NCBI GenBank assembly: GCA_003645455.1
Contig: QNFE01000001.1
Location: 10,359-74,358, forward strand
Direction: 5' to 3'
From: Gammaproteobacteria bacterium
GTDB lineage: Bacteria; Pseudomonadota; Gammaproteobacteria; QNFE01
DNA length: 64,000 nt
The position numbers and the translations under genes were made by a program. Each line of letters begins with the position of its first letter. The first letter of the stretch is position 1. Under the pieces are notes generated by a model. That model was not told the origin of the DNA. It searched no databases and saw nothing but the letters and a program-made list of their open reading frames with translations. Below, piece by piece: positions 10,746-21,203 of this stretch.

Positions 10746-12376
10746 AACTTGTTAATGTTTTGAGGCATAAATAATGCTTTTTTCATAATTTCAGCAAAAA
10801 CAGGGGCTGCCACCGAGCCACCGTAAAATCTACCACCCTTGGGATTGTCCACCATCACCGCACAAACATATTGTGGATTATCAGCAGGTGCAAAACCTGC
10901 AAAAAGTGAAATATACTTATCATCGGTATAACCGCCATCTGATGATGTTTTTTTGACTGTGCCTGTTTTTCCTGCCACGACTACACCATCAATCACAGCC
11001 TGTGGTGCTGTGCCATCTTGCTCTGTAACTCTCGTCAACATTTTGGTAATAATTCTTGCTATCTTTTTAGGTAAAACTCTTTTGCCAGTATTTATTTTTT
11101 TCGTTCTTAAAAGGCTTATTTTTTTCAAAACTCCACCACTTGCGATTGCCCCATAAGCACGAGCAATTTGCAACAATGATGCACTCATAGAATAACCATA
11201 TGACAAACTTACTTTCATCGCATTATCCCATTGTTTGTAATGTCGCAGCACACCTGAGCTTTCTCCTGGAAACCCACTTGCAGGTGGCAGACCAAAACCA
11301 AAATCATATAAAATTCTCCACATATGTTTATCCTGAACTTTTAGAGCAATTTTACTAATACCCACATTTGATGATTTTTTAATAACATCACTCATCGTCA
11401 ATAATCCCATGCTATGCACATCAGTGACTGTTCTGTCACCTATGGTAATATAACCTGGCGAAGTATCCACAGTCTGGTTTACTTGCACCTTTTTTGTCAA
11501 TAATGCAACTGCCATGGTAAATATTTTCATCACGGAGCCAGGCTCAATCACATCTGTTATTACTCTATTTCGCAACCCATGACTTGATCTTTGTTTTGGG
11601 TTGTTAGGATTGTATGTAGGCATAGATGCCATAGCAACAACTTCACCATTTTTAACATTTAAAATAACTAAACTAGCAGAATCTGCCTGCGTATTTTTCA
11701 TAACTTTTCTTAAACTTTGGTAAGCAAAAAATTGCATATCTTTATCGATGCTTAGTGTTAAATCTATACCCTCAACCTCCTGATCAATTTGTTGAACTGT
11801 TTCAATAATTTCCCCTGCTCTATTTTTTAAAACTTTTCGTTTGCCATCTTTTCCTTGCAACAATGAATCATAAAACAACTCTAATCCCTCCTGTCCTTTG
11901 TTATCTACATTAGTAAATCCTATGATTTGTGATACAAGAGATCCTGCAGAATAATATCTTTTTTTTTCTTTTTGTAGGTGCACTCCGGTAATTTTCAAGC
12001 TTTTAATAAAAACACCCACTTTTGGAGAAATTTGTCTTTTTAGATAGATAAACCTAGTTTTTTTGTTGGCCATTTTGGCAAATTTCTTTTTAGATATTTT
12101 AAGAGACTTCAATAACCTTGTTAAGTTGTGATGTTTTTTGTCTAATTTTTTGGGATTCATCCAAACAGATACCATGTTGGTTGTAACTGCCAAAGGATAT
12201 CCTGATCTATCTTTTATGGCTCCACGAACAGATTTGGTTGTAATAATTCGCAGTTGCCGATCTTCACCTTGTTTTTGGAAGAACTTATAATCTGTTATCT
12301 GCAGTTGCCAGCTTCTTGCCAATATAATTAAGGCAAACCCTAATAAAAATATGGTAACTAATGTATATCTGCTCAT
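10742..12376 (-). CDS. ftsI: Peptidoglycan D,D-transpeptidase FtsI (PBP3)
   Basis: PBP transpeptidase motifs are present (S..K, SSN, KTGT). It has an N-terminal transmembrane anchor. I took the start as the internal ATG (MSRYTLVTIF...), which abuts ftsL; the longer ORF runs to 12478. Confidence 0.85.
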   Translation of the reverse strand: MSRYTLVTIFLLGFALIILARSWQLQITDYKFFQKQGEDRQLRIITTKSVRGAIKDRSGYPLAVTTNMVSVWMNPKKLDKKHHNLTRLLKSLKISKKKFAKMANKKTRFIYLKRQISPKVGVFIKSLKITGVHLQKEKKRYYSAGSLVSQIIGFTNVDNKGQEGLELFYDSLLQGKDGKRKVLKNRAGEIIETVQQIDQEVEGIDLTLSIDKDMQFFAYQSLRKVMKNTQADSASLVILNVKNGEVVAMASMPTYNPNNPKQRSSHGLRNRVITDVIEPGSVMKIFTMAVALLTKKVQVNQTVDTSPGYITIGDRTVTDVHSMGLLTMSDVIKKSSNVGISKIALKVQDKHMWRILYDFGFGLPPASGFPGESSGVLRHYKQWDNAMKVSLSYGYSMSASLLQIARAYGAIASGGVLKKISLLRTKKINTGKRVLPKKIARIITKMLTRVTEQDGTAPQAVIDGVVVAGKTGTVKKTSSDGGYTDDKYISLFAGFAPADNPQYVCAVMVDNPKGGRFYGGSVAAPVFAEIMKKALFMPQNINKL

Positions 12377-12378
12377 TG

Positions 12379-12615
12379 TTATTTTTGGATGTAATGCATA
12401 TTTAAATTTTTTATCGCGATGTTGTGTGCTCTGTGAGGAGACTCTAATGTGCTTTTCTCTAATAATAATTGCCCCCATATTTCTTGTAAGGCTCTTTTCT
12501 CAACTATTTTTTTTTGGATATTGGTATTGGTTGCATGAAACACATGGCTATTATTCACAATATTGAATGATGTCCATAAAACCAATGTTAATAAAATAAA
12601 ATTTATTATTTTCAT
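12379..12615 (-). CDS. ftsL: Cell division protein FtsL
   Basis: Small 78 aa protein with an N-terminal transmembrane segment, sitting between rsmH and ftsI as in the conserved dcw order. I assign it by synteny. Confidence 0.6.
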   Translation of the reverse strand: MKIINFILLTLVLWTSFNIVNNSHVFHATNTNIQKKIVEKRALQEIWGQLLLEKSTLESPHRAHNIAIKNLNMHYIQK

Positions 12616-13520
12616 ATTTTTGTTCCAGACCTTAGTATTGCTGATCTCGATCGTGGATTATTTCTTGTTTCTTTTTCGTCAGGTTTTACCCTTTTAATGT
12701 TTTTAAAATTTAACCTATGTTCAATTGGTAAATATCTTATAATAGAGTTATTTGTCCTATTGCCAACAGTTTGTTTTAAAAATTTTTTTACAATCCTATC
12801 TTCTAACGAATGAAAACTAATAACTGTCAACCTGCCATCTTTTTTTAAAAAACTCAATGTTGATTGCAATGCTGCTTTTAGGACATCAAGCTCTTTATTG
12901 ATTGCAATTCTAATTGCTTGAAAGGTCCGAGTAGCAGGATGTTTATTTTTTGGTAAAAATGGCGTTGCCTCTTGTATTATGTTAACTAAATCGTAGGTAG
13001 TTTTAATATCTTTTTTTTGCCTTGATTTAATTATATTTTTAGCAATTCTTGTAGCAAACCTCTCTTCGCCATACTCTTTTAAAACCCACACTATTTTTTT
13101 TTCATCTGTTGTTTGCAACCATTGGTAGGCGCTGTATTTTTGTTTTGGATTCATTCTCATATCAAGCTTGCCATTTTTTAAAAAACTAAAACCTCTATTT
13201 TTATCGTCTAATTGAGGAGAACTCAACCCTAAATCAAATAAAATTCCATCAATCTTGCCATTTAAATTATTCTCAAGGCACCATTTTTGTAAATCAACAA
13301 AATTCATATGTTTGATAAAAAATCTATCATCTTTTATTTTTTTACCCTCTTCAACTGCAACTGTATCTTGATCGAAGGCAAATAATTTTCCACCACTACC
13401 CAAACGTTTTAATATTTCTTTGCTATGTCCACCTCGACCGAATGTGGCATCTATATAAAAACCATCTTTAACTATTTTAAGCTCATCAATTGCTTCATCG
13501 CATAAAACACTAATATGCAT
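12612..13520 (-). CDS. rsmH: 16S rRNA (cytosine1402-N4)-methyltransferase
   Basis: MraW/RsmH family sequence (DATFGRGGHS, SAM-binding) in the position after mraZ. Confidence 0.9.
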   Translation of the reverse strand: MHISVLCDEAIDELKIVKDGFYIDATFGRGGHSKEILKRLGSGGKLFAFDQDTVAVEEGKKIKDDRFFIKHMNFVDLQKWCLENNLNGKIDGILFDLGLSSPQLDDKNRGFSFLKNGKLDMRMNPKQKYSAYQWLQTTDEKKIVWVLKEYGEERFATRIAKNIIKSRQKKDIKTTYDLVNIIQEATPFLPKNKHPATRTFQAIRIAINKELDVLKAALQSTLSFLKKDGRLTVISFHSLEDRIVKKFLKQTVGNRTNNSIIRYLPIEHRLNFKNIKRVKPDEKETRNNPRSRSAILRSGTKI

Positions 13521-13526
13521 ATTTTT

Positions 13527-13955
13527 TTAAACCCCGTCAATATAATCATCACTGGAAGATTTTGATAAATCCTCTGCAAGTGCGTCACTTGACCATAGTT
13601 CAAATTTATCACCAATGCCAATAAGAGTCATCTCTCTGGTGAGAATATTTGCCAAAATTCGCAAGGTTTTAGGGACACTAATTCTTCCTTGTGAATCTAT
13701 TTTTGTCTTATGCTTCATGTGCAATATTTTTTTTCTAATCTGCATATTTTTTTCATTTTTTTGAACTTTATCTGCTATTTTTTCCCATACGCTATAAGGA
13801 CAAATATTCAAACAACCATTGTTTCTTAAAAAAATTACAATTTCTCCACTGCTTGAGTTTTTGAGTATTGATCGATCTTTTTTGGGGATGGCAATCCTGT
13901 TCTTTTCATCTAAAAGAATGTCATACATATTGTCAAAATTAAAATTGCTTAGCAT
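13527..13955 (-). CDS. mraZ: Transcriptional regulator MraZ
   Basis: Duplicated MraZ domain signature and first gene of the dcw cluster. The start is probably the internal ATG (MLSNFNF...); the longer ORF runs to 14021. Confidence 0.8.
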   Translation of the reverse strand: MLSNFNFDNMYDILLDEKNRIAIPKKDRSILKNSSSGEIVIFLRNNGCLNICPYSVWEKIADKVQKNEKNMQIRKKILHMKHKTKIDSQGRISVPKTLRILANILTREMTLIGIGDKFELWSSDALAEDLSKSSSDDYIDGV

Positions 13956-14268
13956 AAAAGCACCTTTTTCCACTAAATTCCAAAAAACACCACTATAATG
14001 CAAACAACCCACTAATTTCAATAAAAACTTATAATTAGTTTTTTATTATTGGCAAAAAAATAAATTTATTTATTTTATAATCAATTAGATAGATATGTAA
14101 TTTTAATAAAACACTTAAAATATAAAATTCAACAAAATTTCTACAATAATGACAAAAACTGTCCCTACCATGAATTCAATTAGAATAAAGTGCTTATTAT
14201 TTTCTTAAAAATTAAAACTTGATTTATTAGAAAAATCATATTAAAATATTCGGTTTTGTAAAAATTTT

Positions 14269-15978
14269 ATGTTAACAAATATGTTTCATGGTTTTACCAT
14301 GTCTAATTTAAAAGGTGATATCTACGGTGGCTTGACAGCAGCGGTTGTCGCTTTGCCTTTGGCGCTTGCGATGGGCGTCTCATCAGGTGCAGGACCTGTG
14401 GCAGGGTTATATGGGGCAATTATAGTAGGGTTTTTTGCCGCTATTTTTGGTGGCACTCCCTCACAAATATCAGGTCCGACAGGTCCTATGACGGTTGTGA
14501 TGGCAGCCATATTTACGCAATATACCACAATGTTTGCAGATAAACCAGAATATGGCATTGCGGTGGCATTCACAGTTGTTATTATGGGCGGATTATTACA
14601 AATTCTTTTTGGAGTTTTAAAAGTTGGCAAGTATATAAACCTTATGCCTCATCCTGTCGTCTCGGGTTTTATGAGCGGTATCGGAGTCATTATTATTCTA
14701 TTACAATTAGCCCCATTATTAGGTTCTATGGGGGAATCAGGACCTGTGGGCTCGGCGATGGCAATCCCTGCGGCTTGGGATAATTTAATTCCTCTTGCTT
14801 TGGTTTTAGGTTTGGTATCATTATTGATAGTTTATTTTTTACCAAAATCAATCGGCAAATTTATTCCCTCACCATTATTAGCATTGATTATCGGCACAAT
14901 TGTTTTGTTGGTATATAGTGGTTTTGATATTAATGTAGCAAATGAGGCAGGCAAACAAATTTCAACGATTGATGGGGTGCGTATCTTAGGCGAAATTCCT
15001 ACCGGTTTGCCACAGATTATTATGCCAGTTATTGATTTTTCTTTGTTAGTTATGATGATAAAATCGGCTTTTATTTTAGCATTATTAGGTTCCATTGATT
15101 CTCTTTTAACCTCACTTGTGGCAGACAACATAACCCACACTCATCATAGATCAAATAAAGAATTGATAGGGCAAGGAATAGGTAATACAATTGCCGGATT
15201 TTTCGGTGGGTTGCCAGGGGCAGGGGCAACCATGCGAACTGTTGTTAATGTGCGAGCAGGTGGGCTTACACCTATATCAGGGGCATTACATGCTTTGGTT
15301 TTGTTAAGCATAGTTTTAGGAGCAGGTGCCTTTGCCAAATATATCCCCCATGCAGTGCTGGCGGGAATCCTAATTAAAGTTGGTACAGATATTATTGACT
15401 GGGAATATTTACGTCAAATCCACCTGGTGCCTAAAGCTGGGCTTGTGATGATGTTGGTGGTGTTGGTGGTAACAGTTGCCGTAGATTTAATCACAGCTGT
15501 CGCCTTGGGGATGATTTTGGCAAGTTTTGTATTTATGCAAAGAATGGTAAATTTACAATTGGATGGTATCAATATTTATAAAAATAAACCCGAGCAAGCG
15601 CCTGTAAGTTCTGAGGGCAAAGAAATTATAAAAAAAGCAGGTGGTGATATTTTAATGTTTCATTTGCAAGGCCCGCTTACCTTTGCAGCCGCCCGTGGAA
15701 TGCAAAAAAGATTATCAATAGTGCAAGGGGATTATAGGGTTTTGGTGTTAGATCTAAAAGATGTCAATAATATTGATTTTTCATCAGCCAAAGCTTTAAT
15801 AGAAATGGTGCAGGCTACCAAACATTCAAATGATAAACAAGTTTTAATAGTGGGAACAAATTCACAGGTTTTAAAAATGTTAAAACAACAAAAAATAAAT
15901 AAAATATTAGATAACAACAATTTTTATGCAGACCGGCTTGATGCTTTGCGAACAGCTAAAACCTTAATAACGGAGTAA
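14269..15978 (+). CDS. SulP family inorganic anion transporter with C-terminal STAS domain
   Basis: N-terminal SulP signature (GDIYGGLTAAVVALPLALA), multiple transmembrane segments, and a C-terminal STAS-like region. Confidence 0.8.
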   Translation: MLTNMFHGFTMSNLKGDIYGGLTAAVVALPLALAMGVSSGAGPVAGLYGAIIVGFFAAIFGGTPSQISGPTGPMTVVMAAIFTQYTTMFADKPEYGIAVAFTVVIMGGLLQILFGVLKVGKYINLMPHPVVSGFMSGIGVIIILLQLAPLLGSMGESGPVGSAMAIPAAWDNLIPLALVLGLVSLLIVYFLPKSIGKFIPSPLLALIIGTIVLLVYSGFDINVANEAGKQISTIDGVRILGEIPTGLPQIIMPVIDFSLLVMMIKSAFILALLGSIDSLLTSLVADNITHTHHRSNKELIGQGIGNTIAGFFGGLPGAGATMRTVVNVRAGGLTPISGALHALVLLSIVLGAGAFAKYIPHAVLAGILIKVGTDIIDWEYLRQIHLVPKAGLVMMLVVLVVTVAVDLITAVALGMILASFVFMQRMVNLQLDGINIYKNKPEQAPVSSEGKEIIKKAGGDILMFHLQGPLTFAAARGMQKRLSIVQGDYRVLVLDLKDVNNIDFSSAKALIEMVQATKHSNDKQVLIVGTNSQVLKMLKQQKINKILDNNNFYADRLDALRTAKTLITE

Positions 15979-15981
15979 AAG

Positions 15982-16596
15982 ATGTCTTTTTTGGCAACTA
16001 TAACTTTCATCGGGGCTTTTATTATTTTTGTCGCAAGTCCTGGACCTGGGGTTTTTATTACTATCAGCACGGCAATCGGCGCAGGTTTTAAAAATGCCAA
16101 ATATGTAGTTTTTGGGATTATACTCGGTGATCTTTTTTATCTAATATTAGCAGTATATGGCTTAGGGTATCTCGCCCAAACTCTCGGTGATTTTTTTATC
16201 GTTATCAAAATCATCGGTGGAATATATTTAATTTATTTAGGTTATAAAATCTATTGCAGTTATAAAGCGAATAAAAATATTAAATCAAAGCAAGAAAAAT
16301 CATATCTGGCAAATTTTATGACAGGATTTTTAAATACCTTAGCGAACCCTAAAACCATAATTTTTTATCTGGGATTTTTACCGGCTTTTATGGATTTGGA
16401 ACAACTTACCACCGGAGATATTTTGTATCTTATGGTAGTTGTCGCAACAGTAATATCATTGGTTTTGTTGTTATATGCCAAGATGGCATCAATGGCAAAA
16501 AAAGCCTTAGGAACCGAAAAAGCTACTCGCCGTTTAAATAAATTATCAGGCTCTTTGATGATGAGTGTAGGGATATATTTATTAGCTCGCCAGTAA
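15982..16596 (+). CDS. LysE/RhtB family amino-acid exporter
   Basis: 204 aa, six transmembrane segments, LysE-type N-terminus (SPGPG). Confidence 0.7.
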   Translation: MSFLATITFIGAFIIFVASPGPGVFITISTAIGAGFKNAKYVVFGIILGDLFYLILAVYGLGYLAQTLGDFFIVIKIIGGIYLIYLGYKIYCSYKANKNIKSKQEKSYLANFMTGFLNTLANPKTIIFYLGFLPAFMDLEQLTTGDILYLMVVVATVISLVLLLYAKMASMAKKALGTEKATRRLNKLSGSLMMSVGIYLLARQ

Positions 16597-16663
16597 TGCA
16601 AAAATAAAAATATTTATCATAAAAAATAGTAGATTTTGTGTATAATATTCATTTTCATTTTTA

Positions 16664-18574
16664 TTGTATTTATTAAAAAATAAAATTATGAGCAACCTCT
16701 ACGAACACATAAAAAAAGTCCTTGCCAAAAATGAAAATTATTGCAAAAATGGCAAATTATTTAAAAATATAATTGTTGAAAATGCCTTAAAACTCACCCC
16801 TGATTTGTTGGAGTTGTTGTTATCTGATGAAAAAGCCACCAAACATTTTTTTACCAAAATAAACACAACCTATGTTTTTGATAAAATCAAATTTCAAAAA
16901 TTTGTCTCCAACAAACAATTTTTGCCAGATAGTTATACGGCTTTTAAAAATAAAATAGGGCTTACTGTTGATGATGAATATCTAACCGAAGCAGGCGAGG
17001 TTGTTTTATCATGGCCGTATAAAGACTGCATATTAGAGGGCGGACAAACCAAAGAAGAGCAAAAAAAAGACGAAGTTTTTTATAATGAAACTCTTGCCCC
17101 TGACGAAATTGACAGGCTTTTTGAACCCAAAGCCTTGACGAACTTTAAAAGATATGACAAAGACGGCGAACATAAGGTAACCGATATATCAATAAATGAT
17201 AATTTTATCATCAAAGGCAATAATCTCTTAGCCCTGCATTCTTTGAAAAAAGTTTATAAAAATAAAATAAAACTGATTTATATTGATCCACCATATAACA
17301 CAGGCAACGATGGTTTTAATTATAATGATAGCTTTAATCACAGCACCTGGCTTACTTTTATGAAAAACCGCTTGGAAGTTGCAAAGGAATTGTTAAGAAA
17401 TGATGGGGTTATTTTTGTGCAGTGCGATGATAATGAGCAAGCCTATTTAAAAATCTTGATGAATGAGATTTTTGACAGAAAAAAAACAGATTATATGGTG
17501 TGGCAAAAAACAGACCCAAGATACGACCAAAACACAAATGCAAAAGTTATAAAAAGGTTTAAAAGAATACATGAGCATATTTTGATTGCATATAAGGGCG
17601 ATAAAAACAACTATAAATTTAATAAAATTATGAGATTGCCAGAGTGGACAAAAAAGCAATCTAATCCCGATAAAGATCCAAGAGGTTGTTGGCAATCTGG
17701 AATTGTTTCTTATGAGGAGGGGCATAAAAATGAGGATAAAAACTCTGAATTCTATTACACGATAGAACTTCCAAGCAAAAGAAAGATGACGAGACATTTT
17801 TTTGTAAAGCAAAATGAATTTAATAATTTGCTGAAAGACGGTAGAATTTATTTCCCAAAAGAAGGTGACGGTATTCCAAGAATAAAAATCTTTGAAGATG
17901 AAGAAAAAGAATATCACTGCGATTCAATTATGAGAGGGTTTGGCACAAGTTCAACTGCAAAAAAAGAATTAGAATTATTAGAGTTTCCTTTGGGTAAATT
18001 TGATACTCCAAAACCTGAAAAATTGCTTGCGGAAATTATAAGAATGACAACCAAAGAAAATGACATAGTCCTTGATTTTTTTAGTGGTTCTGGCACGACA
18101 GGTTCTGTCGCCCATAAAATGAATCGTCAGTATATTTTAATCGAACAAATGGATTATATCCATGATTTACCAGAGGAGAGATTAAAAAAAGTTATCGCAG
18201 GCGAGCAGGGTGGCATCTCAAAATCTGTTAAATGGCAAGGAGGAGGAGGTTTTACATATTTAGAATTAGCAAAAAACAGCACCAAATATGTTGATAAAAT
18301 AGAGCAAGCGACCAACTCAAAAACTCTTTTAAATATATGGAATAACTTAAAAAAAGAAAAATTTATCTCTTATAAAATAACAATAGATGAAGTTGATAAA
18401 ATAATGGATGATTTTAAAAAAATGGATATCAAGCAACAAAAACTCACTTTAATGGCAATATTAGATAAAAATGATTTGTATGTAAATCTATCTGATATAA
18501 ATGATAACGATTACCAACTTGATAAAAATACCAAAACTTTAAATGAAGTTTTTTATAATAATGGCAACAAATAA
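16664..18574 (+). CDS. mod: Type III restriction-modification system, Mod subunit (N6-adenine DNA methyltransferase)
   Basis: The DPPY motif IV (LIYIDPPYNTGND) precedes the FxGxG motif I (DFFSGSGTTG), the beta-class order typical of Type III Mod proteins. The 3' end overlaps the res start by 32 bp. A 'tataat' -10 element lies upstream. Confidence 0.8.
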   Translation: MYLLKNKIMSNLYEHIKKVLAKNENYCKNGKLFKNIIVENALKLTPDLLELLLSDEKATKHFFTKINTTYVFDKIKFQKFVSNKQFLPDSYTAFKNKIGLTVDDEYLTEAGEVVLSWPYKDCILEGGQTKEEQKKDEVFYNETLAPDEIDRLFEPKALTNFKRYDKDGEHKVTDISINDNFIIKGNNLLALHSLKKVYKNKIKLIYIDPPYNTGNDGFNYNDSFNHSTWLTFMKNRLEVAKELLRNDGVIFVQCDDNEQAYLKILMNEIFDRKKTDYMVWQKTDPRYDQNTNAKVIKRFKRIHEHILIAYKGDKNNYKFNKIMRLPEWTKKQSNPDKDPRGCWQSGIVSYEEGHKNEDKNSEFYYTIELPSKRKMTRHFFVKQNEFNNLLKDGRIYFPKEGDGIPRIKIFEDEEKEYHCDSIMRGFGTSSTAKKELELLEFPLGKFDTPKPEKLLAEIIRMTTKENDIVLDFFSGSGTTGSVAHKMNRQYILIEQMDYIHDLPEERLKKVIAGEQGGISKSVKWQGGGGFTYLELAKNSTKYVDKIEQATNSKTLLNIWNNLKKEKFISYKITIDEVDKIMDDFKKMDIKQQKLTLMAILDKNDLYVNLSDINDNDYQLDKNTKTLNEVFYNNGNK

Positions 18575-21203
18575 CCAAATATTAGAACAAAAAATATCAG
18601 CGGCGATTTCAATGGGTTTTATTCCTGTTGAGGTGAAAGATTCTATAAAAAACAATTTGAACCCTACATTAAAACTTCGCCCATATCAAATCGAAGCTTT
18701 GGCGAGGTTTGATTATGCGGTGAACACCTATCCTAATCGGCAAAAACCTACTCAATTGCTTTTTCATATGGCAACAGGTAGCGGTAAAACTTTGATTATG
18801 GCAGGTATAATTTTGGATTTATACCACAGAGGTTATAATAATTTTGTATTTTTTGTTAATAGTTCTAATATAATTGAAAAAACTAAAGATAATTTTTTAA
18901 ATTCGCTATCTGCCAAATATCTTTTTAATCAAACCATATCAATACAGGATAAACAAATAAACATTAAAGAGGTTGATAACTTTGAGGCAACAAATAATGA
19001 TGATATAAATATTGTTTTTACAACGATTCAAGGTTTGCATACAAGATTAAATACCCCACGAGAAAACTGCCTAACCTATGAAGACTTTGCCGATAAAAAA
19101 ATTGTGTTGTTATCTGATGAAGCCCATCATATCAATGCGACAACCAAAAAGGGCAAAAAAACCAAAGATGAATTAGCAAAAATTGCCAGTTGGGAGGGGA
19201 CTGTTAATAAAATATTCCAAACAAATGATGATAATTTATTATTAGAATTTACAGCAACTGCCGATTTGAATCATCCGGAGATCAAGAAAAAATATCAAGA
19301 TAAATTATTATTTGATTATCCGCTAAAACAATTCAGGGAAGATTTATATTCCAAAGAAGTGCAAGTTTTACAAGCCGATTTAGGGCAATTTGAAAGGGCA
19401 ATGCAAGCGGTTATTTTAAATCAATATCGCAGGAAAATATTTGAAAAAAATAAAATCAATATAAAACCTGTTATTTTGTTCAAATCAAAAACCATTAAAG
19501 ATAGCGAATTGTTTTTTGATGAATTTATAAGCGGCATAAAAAACTTAAAAAACACTACTATTAATAAAATCAGAGACAATGCAACAAATCAGATAATTCA
19601 AAAGGTTTTTAAATACTTAGATAATAACGATATAAAAAATGAAAATTTTATAACCGAGATTCAACAAGATTTTACAGATGATAAATGCATGGTGGTTAAT
19701 AGTAAAAATGATAGTATTGAAAAACAGTTAATCGTCAATAGTTTAGAGGATGAAAATAATGAATATCGGGCTATTTTTGCCGTTGATAAACTAAACGAGG
19801 GCTGGGATGTTTTAAATTTATTTGATATAGTGAGGTTATATAATACAAGAGATACAGATCATAAAAGCGGTAAGGTTGGCAAAACTACGATGTCAGAGGC
19901 ACAACTTATCGGCAGAGGGGCGAGATATTGCCCTTTTAAAATTGAAAAAACTCAACCATTTTATCAGCGAAAATATGACAAAGATATTCAAAATCAGCTG
20001 CGAGTTTGTGAGGAGTTATATTATCATTCAGCCCATAATCCAAAATATATATCGGAGTTAAATAAAGCTTTGGTTAATATCGGCATCAAAGCGAATAATG
20101 CAGTGCAGAGAAAATTATTTTTAAAAGATAGTTTCAAACAAACAGATATTTTTAAAAACGGAGTTTTGTGGACAAATGATAGGATAAAATATGATTGTGC
20201 GGATATTTATGGTTTGGCAGATCATATCAAAAATAAAATTTATCACAAAAAATTCCTGACAGGTTATTCTTATGTAAAATCTGCATTTGATGATAATGAG
20301 GAGAAAACCTGCAACACAAGAGAGACCAAAACATATGATATAAAATCATTCGCCCCTAATATTGCTCGCAAAGCTTTGAATAGACTGCCATTTTATCGTT
20401 TTAATAATTTGCAAAAATATTTTCCTAATTTAAAATCTATCAGTGAGTTTTTGTCATCAGATAGTTATGCAAAAAATATTCAGGTTGAAATTACAGGATT
20501 AACAGAACAGGTTCAAAATCCATCAAATCAATTAACATTAGATACAGCGATTAGTGTATTTGATGAAATAGCCCAAGCAATTCCACAGGATTATTATGAC
20601 TACAAAGGCACCAAAGAATTTAAAGCTCAAAGCATCCAACAAATTTTTGCCACTGACAAAGAGTTGAATTTTAATATCAATCAAAATAGCAAACAAGAAT
20701 ATGGCACAGGACAAAACGACACAAAAAATCAAGATTTATTACTTGATTTATCACAAGAGAGTTGGTATGTATTTAATGATAATTATGGCACATCAGAAGA
20801 AAAATATTTAGTCAAATATATCAAGCAAGCCTATCAATTTTTAGCAAAAAAATATAATCAAATATATTTAATTAGAAACGAGAGACATTTTAAATTATAT
20901 ACATTTGATGAGGGGCAAGCCTTAGAGCCTGATTTTGTTTTGATTTTAAAAAAAGATAAAAAATCAAAATCCATTATCAGACAAATTTTTATTGAACCCA
21001 AAGGCACAGATAGATTATCAAATGATGACAGTAAAACAAAAGAGAGGTTTTTGTTGCAGATTGAAAAAGAACATAAAATATTAACTATTTTTGAAAACAA
21101 AGATTATAAACTTATCGGAATGCCCCTTTTTAATCAAACTCAACACAAAAAAGAATTTGTGGAGAGTTTTAAAAAAACGATTGATTTATCCGCAAATCAA
21201 TAA
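18543..21203 (+). CDS. res: Type III restriction enzyme, Res subunit (SF2 helicase-nuclease)
   Basis: Helicase motif I (ATGSGKT) and motif II (DEAHH). It is 886 aa, sits immediately downstream of mod and overlaps it. Confidence 0.8.
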   Translation: MKFFIIMATNNQILEQKISAAISMGFIPVEVKDSIKNNLNPTLKLRPYQIEALARFDYAVNTYPNRQKPTQLLFHMATGSGKTLIMAGIILDLYHRGYNNFVFFVNSSNIIEKTKDNFLNSLSAKYLFNQTISIQDKQINIKEVDNFEATNNDDINIVFTTIQGLHTRLNTPRENCLTYEDFADKKIVLLSDEAHHINATTKKGKKTKDELAKIASWEGTVNKIFQTNDDNLLLEFTATADLNHPEIKKKYQDKLLFDYPLKQFREDLYSKEVQVLQADLGQFERAMQAVILNQYRRKIFEKNKINIKPVILFKSKTIKDSELFFDEFISGIKNLKNTTINKIRDNATNQIIQKVFKYLDNNDIKNENFITEIQQDFTDDKCMVVNSKNDSIEKQLIVNSLEDENNEYRAIFAVDKLNEGWDVLNLFDIVRLYNTRDTDHKSGKVGKTTMSEAQLIGRGARYCPFKIEKTQPFYQRKYDKDIQNQLRVCEELYYHSAHNPKYISELNKALVNIGIKANNAVQRKLFLKDSFKQTDIFKNGVLWTNDRIKYDCADIYGLADHIKNKIYHKKFLTGYSYVKSAFDDNEEKTCNTRETKTYDIKSFAPNIARKALNRLPFYRFNNLQKYFPNLKSISEFLSSDSYAKNIQVEITGLTEQVQNPSNQLTLDTAISVFDEIAQAIPQDYYDYKGTKEFKAQSIQQIFATDKELNFNINQNSKQEYGTGQNDTKNQDLLLDLSQESWYVFNDNYGTSEEKYLVKYIKQAYQFLAKKYNQIYLIRNERHFKLYTFDEGQALEPDFVLILKKDKKSKSIIRQIFIEPKGTDRLSNDDSKTKERFLLQIEKEHKILTIFENKDYKLIGMPLFNQTQHKKEFVESFKKTIDLSANQ

